The position numbers were made by a program, and so were the translations under genes. This document shows positions 38,050-47,063 of a DNA stretch of 64,000 nucleotides, piece by piece. The first letter of the stretch is position 1. The number at the start of each line of letters is the position of its first letter. The DNA is from a virus (lineage: Duplodnaviria > Heunggongvirae > Uroviricota > Caudoviricetes), in the IMG/VR virus record IMGVR_UViG_3300021600_000003, positions 19,249 to 83,248 of that record; one strand, 5' to 3'. The notes under the pieces are model-generated. The model was not told where the DNA came from, did not search any database, and worked only from the letters and a program-made list of their open reading frames with translations.

Positions 38050-38055
38050 ATGATG

Positions 38056-38128
38056 TGGTACAAAGTGGTATCGAACCACTATCTCAGGATTTTCAGTCCT
38101 TCGCATAGACCATCTTTGCTATTGTACC
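38056..38128 (-). tRNA. tRNA-Phe(GAA)
   Basis: Perfect acceptor GGTACAA/TTGTACC, anticodon loop CTGAAAA, T-arm AGTGG-TTCGATA-CCACT. Confidence 0.75.
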
Positions 38129-38133
38129 TTTAG

Positions 38134-38208
38134 AGATCAGTAAGAGATTCGAACTCTTGATTTTACAGTTTTGCAGACTGTTGCCTTTGACCACTCAGCC
38201 AACTGATC
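38134..38208 (-). tRNA. tRNA-Cys(GCA)
   Basis: Perfect acceptor GATCAGT/ACTGATC, anticodon arm ACAGT-CTGCAAA-ACTGT, T-arm AAGAG-TTCGAAT-CTCTT. Confidence 0.75.
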
Positions 38209-38213
38209 ATTTG

Positions 38214-38285
38214 AGCCACATGAAGGATTCGAACCATCACCCTCTGATTACAAAACAGAATAGCTACCGTTACTATTAATGTGGC
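38214..38285 (-). tRNA. tRNA-Thr(TGT) (alternative fold gives GTA/Tyr)
   Basis: Perfect acceptor GCCACAT/ATGTGGC and D-stem ATAG/CTAT. The anticodon stem is imperfect; the best fold has loop TTTGTAA. Confidence 0.55.
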
Positions 38286-38291
38286 ATTATG

Positions 38292-38365
38292 TCTAGATGG
38301 CAAGATTCGAACTTGCGACCCCTTGCTCCCAAAGCAAGTGTTCTACCTGACTGAACTACATCTAG
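38292..38365 (-). tRNA. tRNA-Pro(TGG)
   Basis: Perfect acceptor CTAGATG/CATCTAG, D-stem GTTC/GAAC, anticodon arm CTTGC-TTTGGGA-GCAAG, T-arm GCAAG-TTCGAAT-CTTGC. Confidence 0.8.
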
Positions 38366-38396
38366 ATAAAAGAAAACCCCCTAGTTTCCTAGAGGG
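38366..38396 (-). terminator. intrinsic terminator between promoter P1/micro-ORF and tRNA-Pro
   Basis: Minus-strand RNA forms cccucuag-GAAA-cuaggggg (8 bp including one G-U, GNRA loop), followed by UUUUCUUUUAU. The mismatch would be C-A on the plus strand, so the structure is minus-specific. Confidence 0.6.
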
Positions 38397-38505
38397 TCTT
38401 CATATAGAACTGCACGAAAATCGTTTAGTTACGTATACAGAACTCCCTTAACAGTTGTACACTGTGTAAAGGTCGGCCATGTATGACGTTGCACTTTTTT
38501 CATAA

Positions 38506-38577
38506 TTATTTTTTAACTGGTGGAACAGGTTTTTTACCTCCACATCCACAACCATATGATGTATGAATAACTTTCAT
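38506..38577 (-). CDS. leaderless micro-ORF, 23 aa (MKVIHTSYGCGCGGKKPVPPVKK), between promoter P1 and an intrinsic terminator; may be a small-RNA gene instead
   Basis: ATG (38577-38575) lies 4 nt after the TATATTTG -7 element. TAA stop at 38506-38508. Confidence 0.3.
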   Translation of the reverse strand: MKVIHTSYGCGCGGKKPVPPVKK

Positions 38578-38581
38578 AAAA

Positions 38582-38617
38582 CAAATATACAACATTATTT
38601 TTAATTTTCCAAATTTA
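38582..38617 (-). promoter_or_regulatory. Bacteroides-type promoter P1 (TTTG-N20-TATATTTG)
   Basis: Minus-strand read TAAATTTGgaaaattaaaaataatgttgTATATTTG. Matches the Bacteroidota -33 TTTG / -7 TAnnTTTG consensus with a 20-nt spacer. Confidence 0.6.
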
Positions 38618-38641
38618 TTTTAAAAAAAGGGACCGTAGAAA

Positions 38642-39082
38642 CTAGTTGAAGTAAGGTAATATTTTAAGTACAAATTTCTCCAAGTCCATTTTAGTATCTT
38701 CAGCGTATAATTCTGTAAGCTTCTGAAGAGAAATAACTGCACCATTTCTTGAGATATTCCTTGAGTGATAAATATTCTCTTTTTGAGTACACCACTCTAG
38801 GTTTTCTACTGTGTTATTCGCTCTATTTCCATCCTTATGATTTATGTTAGGTTTACCATCTGGATTATCTAAGAAGGCAAATGCAACTATCCTGTGCACT
38901 AGAATAGTTGTTGCTTTACTGTTCTTCCATAACAAAGTCTTATAATAACCATTCTTGAGAGATAGTTTTAATATCTTCTCTTTCCGTTTTGATGGGGAAT
39001 TTCCCTGTAGACTTTTTAGTCTTCCTAAACTGCTTACCTGATAACGACCTTCAAAACCTACTATGTCTTTCCATATTTCCAT
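38642..39082 (-). CDS. HNH homing-type endonuclease, 146 aa
   Basis: INHKDGNRANNTVENLEWCTQKEN HNH motif. Confidence 0.8.
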   Translation of the reverse strand: MEIWKDIVGFEGRYQVSSLGRLKSLQGNSPSKRKEKILKLSLKNGYYKTLLWKNSKATTILVHRIVAFAFLDNPDGKPNINHKDGNRANNTVENLEWCTQKENIYHSRNISRNGAVISLQKLTELYAEDTKMDLEKFVLKILPYFN

Positions 39083-39114
39083 AATACAATATACGAAGAA
39101 TATTTGAGATTACC

Positions 39115-39144
39115 AAATAAAAAAGGTCCTCGAGAGCGAGGACC
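39115..39144 (-). terminator. intrinsic terminator after the fibre gene cluster
   Basis: Minus-strand RNA forms ggtcctcg-cucu-cgaggacc (8-bp perfect stem), followed by UUUUUUAUUU. Confidence 0.7.
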
Positions 39145-39153
39145 ATAAATAAC

Positions 39154-39167
39154 TCGGAGAACCAACA
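39154..39167. repeat. exact 14-mer, inverted copy d (CTCGGAGAACCAAC on the plus strand), intergenic next to terminator T1
   Basis: Reverse complement of the 14-mer. Followed by AACCGAG, which forms a local inverted repeat ctcgg...ccgag. Confidence 0.8.
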
Positions 39168-39176
39168 ACCGAGGTT

Positions 39177-40241
39177 TTAAATAGTTGGATAACTTACTGC
39201 ACCATCAAAATTAACTACAATAGTCTTTGATGTGGCTGTTGTGAAAGAAGATTGGAACTCTAATAAGATATTTTGAGTTGATTTCCTGATAATGTAGTTA
39301 TACATTTGACCTACACTTTCTATGTAAGTAATTGATTTTAAATCACTTGTACCTGCTTGTTCAGCTAAAGTCAAACAAGTTGTTGGGATATTTCCCATTG
39401 TAATAGTATATTTTCTATTTGCAGAAGTATTAGCTGCAAATGCTATAGTGTAAGATATAGAACCACGGAACTCTAGAGTACCATCAAAACGATAACGATA
39501 CTGAGGAGCACCTGATAAAAAGACAACATTAGCATTTCCTGTAGGAACTATAGTGATATCTCTCCATGTATTATCAAAACAAGCTCTTACTACCTGAATA
39601 GAAGGATTTGTTGATACAATATATGGATTAATTAATGTGCCTGTTCCTGTTACTGTAACTCCTGTACCAGCTATCACCTTGGTCTCTGAGCCATCTGGAG
39701 CAATACATGTAGACATTAATTTACCATCTGTTCCTATATATAAAGGATTACCTATATCTGTTGATAACAAAGTAACTGGAACTACATCAAATAGTATATC
39801 CTCATTTCCTGCTGGATTTTCTTTTGTTTTAGATAGGAAAATACCTGTCTTAAGCTTATCCCATAAGTATCCTGTTGTAGTATCTGCTGCAGATACCTTT
39901 GCATTTACATCTATAGGAACACCTCCTTGAACAGCATCAATTCTTATCTTCTCATCACAGCCAGTTCCTGTAACTGTAAGTGTAATATCTGTTCCTGCCT
40001 CTAACTTATCTATTAAGTATTTAGGGCATATATCACTACCATCAACAAGAACTTTACCTATTGAGCATATTTTATCATTAATCTTTGATAAAATAGTATC
40101 TCCGTCCTCAGCGTTAGAAACACCAAGACAAGATAAGTAAGTACCTGAGTACGTAGTACAACCAAAAGTATTTGGATTTATACATCCACAATCATCATGT
40201 TGACTACAAGGGTTGCATGGGTTATTATCTGTACAAGACAT
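39177..40241 (-). CDS. tail fibre/spike-like protein, 354 aa
   Basis: Gly/Thr-rich beta-type repeats (VTVTGTGT...). Adjacent to the paralogous fibre genes. Followed by a strong intrinsic terminator. Confidence 0.65.
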   Translation of the reverse strand: MSCTDNNPCNPCSQHDDCGCINPNTFGCTTYSGTYLSCLGVSNAEDGDTILSKINDKICSIGKVLVDGSDICPKYLIDKLEAGTDITLTVTGTGCDEKIRIDAVQGGVPIDVNAKVSAADTTTGYLWDKLKTGIFLSKTKENPAGNEDILFDVVPVTLLSTDIGNPLYIGTDGKLMSTCIAPDGSETKVIAGTGVTVTGTGTLINPYIVSTNPSIQVVRACFDNTWRDITIVPTGNANVVFLSGAPQYRYRFDGTLEFRGSISYTIAFAANTSANRKYTITMGNIPTTCLTLAEQAGTSDLKSITYIESVGQMYNYIIRKSTQNILLEFQSSFTTATSKTIVVNFDGAVSYPTI

Positions 40242-40258
40242 ATTATAATTTTTATTTA

Positions 40259-41629
40259 TTAAAGTATAGTTGTTGTTGTGGTTGTTGAGGTGGTAAACTC
40301 TACAAAGTCTTCAACACATGTAGATGATAAAAGAGTACTATCTGAAACTGTAGTAACTGATGCATAAGGAGGTAATACAAATACATCTCCTGTTGCCATA
40401 CTTACTGTTTTATCTACACAATTTGAATTAGTATTATCACATAATTTATAGTTAACTATCACATCTCCAGCAGCTGTTAATGTACAGAACTGACATGGAT
40501 CTCTATCTACTATTTTCTCTAGACACTTATTGCACTGAATTCCTTTAAGAGTATTACACATTTTACCTTCAATATTTACTACCAAATTACCAGTTGAAGA
40601 TAAACCATCTATTGCTACCTCTAAAGTAGAATTAGCTGAGATAACTATATCGAAGTACTGAATGTTTCCCAATGTGTCTGTAATGCTACCAGATGACCCA
40701 CAATCCTCGAAATTTGCTGGGATGGACGTTCCTGCTCCCTTTGTAAATTTTATCACTATACCACTCATATCAGTATTGAACAGGGCTGTAAATCCTAAGT
40801 ACACATCATCACATGTTACTTTACAACATCCATTCTCGATTGATAATATACGAGTACGTAAAGATTGTACCTCTAAAAGAGTATTTCCATAGTTATCTGC
40901 CCAATTTGAGGGAGAAGCATTCCATCCTGTTATACTACCAAATTCTGGATTTAAGTCAGTAGGAGTATTTGCTAAAGCATCTGTTATATCTGTTACTGTC
41001 CCAATAGATTGTTTATAGTCACAAACCTCTTTTGAGAGATTCTGTACTTGTACAGATAATGGTAAAGACTCTGATTTTACACAAGTAGATACTTGAACTT
41101 CTCTAATTACTCTTGATCTACTTGCTTCATTTATAGCTTCTTGTAATTTTAAGATGCTAGTATCAGCACTATCTAGTGTACCCTCATGTTTACATAAAAC
41201 ATTGATAATCAATTGGTCTAGCTCATCTCTTGTTATAGATAAGTTTAAGCCATTAAAAGAAGCATAACATTTCAAGTCAACTTTAATACTTGTATCTTGA
41301 AATAATATTGCTAATTGTTTTTCTAACTCATTTATATAACTTTTTAGACAAATATGATTATCTCTAAGAAGTGTTAAAATTGATATTATTGTAATTTCTT
41401 CTGGTGCAGTTTTTTGACATATTGTCAGAAGACCACTTATATCAAAACTTGATAAATTCTTAGGTACTAGATTTTGAATTTGAGATACTATTTCACTCAA
41501 GAGTGGATTAAGAGAATCTCCGTTACATATTCCCAAAGTAGGTATATCTATATCATCCCATATTTTACAAGAGGATGGTGTAGGAATACAGTCTTCATTT
41601 GTACATTTTTCTACTCTTTTCATTAGCAA
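40259..41629 (-). CDS. tail fibre/receptor-binding protein, 456 aa, paralogue of the upstream 567-aa protein
   Basis: The N-terminal ~300 aa are alignable with the 567-aa protein (CIPTPSSC, LGICNGDSLN, DLKCYA, LNPEFG, GWN, NWA.NYGN). Divergent C-terminus ending in a poly-Thr tract. Confidence 0.75.
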   Translation of the reverse strand: MLMKRVEKCTNEDCIPTPSSCKIWDDIDIPTLGICNGDSLNPLLSEIVSQIQNLVPKNLSSFDISGLLTICQKTAPEEITIISILTLLRDNHICLKSYINELEKQLAILFQDTSIKVDLKCYASFNGLNLSITRDELDQLIINVLCKHEGTLDSADTSILKLQEAINEASRSRVIREVQVSTCVKSESLPLSVQVQNLSKEVCDYKQSIGTVTDITDALANTPTDLNPEFGSITGWNASPSNWADNYGNTLLEVQSLRTRILSIENGCCKVTCDDVYLGFTALFNTDMSGIVIKFTKGAGTSIPANFEDCGSSGSITDTLGNIQYFDIVISANSTLEVAIDGLSSTGNLVVNIEGKMCNTLKGIQCNKCLEKIVDRDPCQFCTLTAAGDVIVNYKLCDNTNSNCVDKTVSMATGDVFVLPPYASVTTVSDSTLLSSTCVEDFVEFTTSTTTTTTIL

Positions 41630-43326
41630 GTACAGATATCTTCATAAGGAATAAGATAGTTCCACTCAAATGAAGGATTTGTCCATTTAACTAATGGCAT
41701 ACCTAAATAAGTTGGAATTTCTACTGCTACCATTTTAGGACTAACTGCAGCCCCTCCTGCATTACATAATATGTTACATAAACCTAAAGGAACAGATACA
41801 GGAATAGAATTCATTAAAAAGTCTCCATCAGTATCCCATACATTTCCACCAACATCTACCAAAGGATATTCTACAGTTCCTATCTTAATATGAGTCATAT
41901 AAGCATCATTCAAATCACCTAAGCTATTACCTTCCCATTTAAACTGCCAACATTTATATCCACTTGGTAAAGGAAGAATACCCGAACAAGTTGATGATAG
42001 TGTTATATTACCTGTAGGTATAACTGCATGAATAACAACATCTTTAGGGAATAATACGCACTGATTATTTATCATAGTAATAGTCTTCTCTGGAGTACCA
42101 TAAACAACTACTACATGAGCACCTACATCTCCATTTGCACAAACCTTGCAATCTCCACAACTACTAGAATTTACAATTTTTCCAATACAATCAGTACATG
42201 TTAAACTACCATTTGACATATTAGCTTCCACCTTTATAATCAAATCTTGAGTTATATTAAGAGAAGGAATTGGAACAGTTATAATAGCACTATTTGATAT
42301 AGGATAACTAACTGTTGAGTAAGTCTCAACATTATTATCAATATCTGTAATAGTGATTGTTGAACCAATATCTATAAAACCTACTGGGATATTTGTTCCA
42401 GCACTAGCTGTAAAGCTAATAATTATTGCAGTTTTAGCTGTATTAAATGCAGCTGTATAACCTATTTTTACCTTATCACAATTAGCACCACAACAATCTG
42501 TTTCAATTGTTATAACACGTTGACGCATATTCTCTAACTCTAATAATAGATTACCATAGTTATTAGCCCAGTTTTTAGGTACTAAATTCCAACCAGCAAT
42601 TAATCCAAATTCTGCATTTAGATCTCCGGGAGTATTACCTAATGCTGTTGATATATCTGATGGAAATCCAGCAGCATTCTCTAAATTGCATATCTCTGTA
42701 GATGTATTCTGTAATTGAACTGATGTTGGTAGGGTAGCTCCATTAATACAAGTTGGAATTTCTAACTCGTCTACATTACTAACTACATTCAAAGCATCAA
42801 TCTCAGCTTGTAATAAAATTAATTGACCTTCTATAGTTGTCAAACGACTCTCATGAGAACATAATGTATTAATACATAATTGGTTAAATTGCTCTCTAGT
42901 AAGTCCTAATGCATTACCTAAATTATCAAATTCAGCATAACACTTTAAATCTACATTTACAGATGTTGTTTTAAACAACTCATCCATACCAGCTTTAACC
43001 GTATTAATAAAATCTTTAAGACAAATCTGATTATTTTTAAGTAATGTAAGTATAGATACAATAGTAATTTCTACTGGCTCTTTTTGATTGCATATGTCTA
43101 ATAAGGCATCAATATCAAATGTAGATAAATCTTCACCAGTTAATGTCTTTAACTTTGTAATGATTTCAACAATAAGATTATTAAGAGAATCTCCGTTGCA
43201 TATTCCTAAATACGGAATTTCTCCACCATTCCAATCAATACATGATGAAACAGAGGGAATACAATTCTCAACTAAACATTTTTCCTTTGCCATATTTATT
43301 TTTTTCCAATTCGTATTTCCATCCAA
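41623..43326 (-). CDS. tail fibre/receptor-binding protein, 567 aa, paralogue of the 456-aa protein
   Basis: Shared Cys-rich N-terminal domain and a divergent C-terminal domain. Confidence 0.75.
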   Translation of the reverse strand: MDGNTNWKKINMAKEKCLVENCIPSVSSCIDWNGGEIPYLGICNGDSLNNLIVEIITKLKTLTGEDLSTFDIDALLDICNQKEPVEITIVSILTLLKNNQICLKDFINTVKAGMDELFKTTSVNVDLKCYAEFDNLGNALGLTREQFNQLCINTLCSHESRLTTIEGQLILLQAEIDALNVVSNVDELEIPTCINGATLPTSVQLQNTSTEICNLENAAGFPSDISTALGNTPGDLNAEFGLIAGWNLVPKNWANNYGNLLLELENMRQRVITIETDCCGANCDKVKIGYTAAFNTAKTAIIISFTASAGTNIPVGFIDIGSTITITDIDNNVETYSTVSYPISNSAIITVPIPSLNITQDLIIKVEANMSNGSLTCTDCIGKIVNSSSCGDCKVCANGDVGAHVVVVYGTPEKTITMINNQCVLFPKDVVIHAVIPTGNITLSSTCSGILPLPSGYKCWQFKWEGNSLGDLNDAYMTHIKIGTVEYPLVDVGGNVWDTDGDFLMNSIPVSVPLGLCNILCNAGGAAVSPKMVAVEIPTYLGMPLVKWTNPSFEWNYLIPYEDICTC

Positions 43327-43440
43327 AGATCTCTTAATTTATCTCTAGAACTATACGAATCATATTTCTTAGAAAAACAAGTTTCTATAAAATACTTATC
43401 ACTAAGTAGTTGCTCATATTTTAGAGATGCAAACTTACAT

Positions 43441-43989
43441 TTAACATTGACACTCATTGCTATATCTTTCTAGTAATTTAACAGCCCATTCATATAATTG
43501 TTTACCTTCTTTCTTCTCGTTACATTCTTCTACCTTATATTTGGCAGCCATAATATATTCATCTATCTCTCTTAACTTTTCTCTCTGATTATGATATTCT
43601 TCTCTAGTAATCTTACAAGCATCAGATTTTAGATTATCCCATTGATGTGATAATTTATGACGTAAATCAGTTACTCTTAAGTGCATATATTCTACTATTG
43701 TAGCAGAATTAGGTTTATATGATTGTTTTATTTCATATATACCATCAGGTAAATCACGAAGAGCTGTTAGATCTGCTACTTTACGATATCCTAAACTTGA
43801 TGAGTTTAAAGCTAAAGAAAAGTTCTTCTGAACATGAAAGGTTACCCATGTTTCCTTATTTACTGGTAGTACCTCTATTAAGTAATTTGTAATCTCATTA
43901 TCATTACAATAATGGGACGTATCATATATCCTAAGTACTTTAAGATTAGGATAGTCTGAAACCTCAAGGTATAATTCGTTGGTAGGCAC
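43441..43989 (-). CDS. hypothetical protein, 182 aa
   Basis: ORF track entry. Confidence 0.5.
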   Translation of the reverse strand: MPTNELYLEVSDYPNLKVLRIYDTSHYCNDNEITNYLIEVLPVNKETWVTFHVQKNFSLALNSSSLGYRKVADLTALRDLPDGIYEIKQSYKPNSATIVEYMHLRVTDLRHKLSHQWDNLKSDACKITREEYHNQREKLREIDEYIMAAKYKVEECNEKKEGKQLYEWAVKLLERYSNECQC

Positions 43990-44100
43990 AGTATAAGATA
44001 GTTAAAAAATGTGAGAAATTAAAATAATTCTTTATGTTAAAAAGAAAAAGCTTGGCAGACTTACTGCCTACCAAGCTTCAACTTTTAGAACTTAGATATA

Positions 44101-46362
44101 TTAGATACCTTGCATTCCACTACTTCCTCCAACGTTAGCTTCATTTATATGAAGTGTTACACCTGATTTAGCAGTAATTACACTTAAAACATTATTTTCA
44201 AATGTTGTAGCAGCTACATCTCCCTCTTTGAAGGCAAATACTGCTGTGAATGTTTCTTGAACTGATTTCTTTCTGAAACCATTAACTCCATAAGATGCTT
44301 TGAAACGTACATAATACAAGTTGTAGAATGCACTTCTATCAACAGTCTGTAGAAGATTTTGGTCAAAAGCCTCTCTCATTCTTGGCTCAAGAGAGAATTG
44401 ATTAATATGTTTCAGATAAGCTTCTGTCTTCATAATCACTTCTCTTACTACATACTCTCCACTCTGACGAGCAATTCTACCAATTCTGCTTTGAGAAACA
44501 GTTGGCCAGTTTGCTACATCACATACATCATCATCTTCTCCAAGTAATGAAATTTCCATTTTAATTGGTTCAGTTTCGTAGTAATCCATAGGATTAAAAG
44601 AACAGTTACCAAATTTAGGATCAATATATCCTGCAGTCACACGGATACCGCACTTACGTGATGCATTAGCTATAACTGTTTCAGGAACAACAACCCATGA
44701 ACTATTTTCAAATGCTGGAATAGTATCATATGTAAAGGTTACATTACTTGTTAAACATCCCTCATCAAGACAGTCTTGAGAAGATTGAGTTACAGTATAG
44801 TCATCTTTACAATTAGTTCCTGCAATTTTTGTTACACTTGCAATATTAATACCAACTACACCAGCTAAAGCAGCTTTGATGTCATCAACTCTACTTTCAC
44901 CATTACAATCCAATTGATTGATATTAGATAAACGTAAAGTTCTTACTGAATTAATACCAGTACCACAGTTTGTCCAAGCTACTGCAGATGGATTAGCCCA
45001 AGTACATACTGGACCTTCACTAGAAGCTAAAGTCACACTATCACCTAGTAATGCTACCAAATCAATACCTGAAGTTGTTACCAACTTAACTGTAGCTACA
45101 CCTTGATCATTTGATATAAATGTTGCAGTAATTACAGGAGTTAATAAATGGTCTGTACCAACACCAACTACTGTAAGATCTCTCTTAGTTCCAGCATAAG
45201 CTAAAGCAGCTGTTGTAGCAAAAGCTATTGTGTCAGCATCTACTTTAATTATATAGTAATCAGTAGCATCAGTAATACCTGTGATTGCAGTACCACCATT
45301 TTTACTATAGGTTACTTTATCACCAGTATTTAAACCATGAGCAACTTTTGTAACTGTATTAGTAGTAACATTTGTATTAGCAACTTCTGAGTTTATTGTA
45401 ACTTTTGTAGCTACTTCATAAGCTGTACCAATAACATCAGCATAAGTTTGACGAGGAGTTGAACCTGACAAATCTTCTGTTCCTGCTAATGGACGGTTTA
45501 CAAAATAGGTATTAGTACCTGATGACAATGTTGAGCCAGCTGGACATACTCCACAAACTGCTAATAATACATCACCATAGTATGCAAATGATGTAGGTTG
45601 AGATTCTGCATCGTCAATACATATTTGGTATGTAGATGTAGAACCATCTCTTGCAGTTCTTACTACAGTACTTCCAGAAGGAGCCTGAGCTTGAACAGCT
45701 TGTAATGAAAGAGCATCACCGTTATCACATAAGTCCAAACACCATTTAATCATAGTAGTTGCTGCAGCACTATAATCGGCTGTAACCAATTTAGCACTAA
45801 CACCAAACTTACGTAATTCTGTATGTTTGTTAATACTATTAATAAGAGCTTGAGTATGAGTCAAACAATCAGTAATAGGATCTGGACAATCATTACCTGC
45901 ACAAGGTGTTGTACAGTCTTCCTTCGGAGTGTAGGAAACTACATACTCTTTTGGACCGTTAAAGAAACGGTAAACTGGTTGACCATGGAAGTAAAATTTA
46001 ATACGAATAGCTTTACCTGTTTCGTAAGACAGGGATTTTGAGGATGGACCACCATTGAAACCGATAACCCACTCTTCATTTGCAATGGTTTGAGGACGAG
46101 AAAGATACATATCTTCTACATCATGACCAAAGAAAAATGGTGATTTGTGACTATTTGTTACAGGTTGACCGTACCAATCAAGTCCACCAAATGCTCCTTG
46201 AGCAAAGAAGAATTCTTTTCCGTTTCCAATTGATGTAGCTACTGAGAATGTTGCACGATCAAAGATACCAACCTTACCAGAAGTAAGATCAGCTGAATGA
46301 CCAGATGCAGCAACTCCACCTGTAACTACGTAAAAAGGTACGTGATAACTGTTGTTTTCCAT
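44101..46362 (-). CDS. abundant virion structural protein, 753 aa (candidate capsid-associated or decoration protein)
   Basis: ORF track entry. Visibly GC-richer, biased codon usage (ggt/act/gtt/aac), typical of highly expressed structural genes. Confidence 0.7.
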   Translation of the reverse strand: MENNSYHVPFYVVTGGVAASGHSADLTSGKVGIFDRATFSVATSIGNGKEFFFAQGAFGGLDWYGQPVTNSHKSPFFFGHDVEDMYLSRPQTIANEEWVIGFNGGPSSKSLSYETGKAIRIKFYFHGQPVYRFFNGPKEYVVSYTPKEDCTTPCAGNDCPDPITDCLTHTQALINSINKHTELRKFGVSAKLVTADYSAAATTMIKWCLDLCDNGDALSLQAVQAQAPSGSTVVRTARDGSTSTYQICIDDAESQPTSFAYYGDVLLAVCGVCPAGSTLSSGTNTYFVNRPLAGTEDLSGSTPRQTYADVIGTAYEVATKVTINSEVANTNVTTNTVTKVAHGLNTGDKVTYSKNGGTAITGITDATDYYIIKVDADTIAFATTAALAYAGTKRDLTVVGVGTDHLLTPVITATFISNDQGVATVKLVTTSGIDLVALLGDSVTLASSEGPVCTWANPSAVAWTNCGTGINSVRTLRLSNINQLDCNGESRVDDIKAALAGVVGINIASVTKIAGTNCKDDYTVTQSSQDCLDEGCLTSNVTFTYDTIPAFENSSWVVVPETVIANASRKCGIRVTAGYIDPKFGNCSFNPMDYYETEPIKMEISLLGEDDDVCDVANWPTVSQSRIGRIARQSGEYVVREVIMKTEAYLKHINQFSLEPRMREAFDQNLLQTVDRSAFYNLYYVRFKASYGVNGFRKKSVQETFTAVFAFKEGDVAATTFENNVLSVITAKSGVTLHINEANVGGSSGMQGI

Positions 46363-46391
46363 AAAACTGTGTTGTTAATTGTTATTAATTA

Positions 46392-47063
46392 TTAATTGTT
46401 AGATTCGACTCTACTCTCTGCCAGAGCCTTTGCATTTAATGATTCAATATCTGAGGCTATAATCTTACAAGCTTCATCTACAAGCATATCACATATATCA
46501 TCTTTGAATTCCACTACAGTATCTAACTTTTTAAAGTTATAAAATACTGGTTTTCTGTAATACGTTAATTCTACTTTGTCTATAGTAAAATCTTTATTGT
46601 GATATATATGAAGTTTATTTCCTATAAGAGTATGAAATGTTTCCTCAAATATAAAAGAAGGGAGCGTATTTAACAAATCATCTACATTAGCTTCCTCTCT
46701 GAGGTGAGATTTTATTGAAATATTTGTACAATTCCCCTTACTCACATAGGGTGTTAACCTCTTAAAATAAAGATAATCTGAAGGTAACTTATTAGTTTCT
46801 ACATACACTCCCTTATTTCTTATTGTTAATCCATCTCTCTTGAGAATAATCTGTAAATCATCTACTCTAGTCGTTGTCTCTTCATCTCCTTCATGAGTAG
46901 CATTATTACCTCTATACTGCCTTCTTACCCACTCATTAATTCCTTTATTAAAGGCTTCCTGTTTGATATATGGCCAAAGATTGTCATAATCAGAAGAGGC
47001 ACCTTTATTTAAACGTATATCAATTTTTGTGGATATTTGAGTCAGTGTCATTATTCTTTCCAT
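46392..47063 (-). CDS. hypothetical protein, 223 aa
   Basis: ORF track entry. Confidence 0.5.
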   Translation of the reverse strand: MERIMTLTQISTKIDIRLNKGASSDYDNLWPYIKQEAFNKGINEWVRRQYRGNNATHEGDEETTTRVDDLQIILKRDGLTIRNKGVYVETNKLPSDYLYFKRLTPYVSKGNCTNISIKSHLREEANVDDLLNTLPSFIFEETFHTLIGNKLHIYHNKDFTIDKVELTYYRKPVFYNFKKLDTVVEFKDDICDMLVDEACKIIASDIESLNAKALAESRVESNN

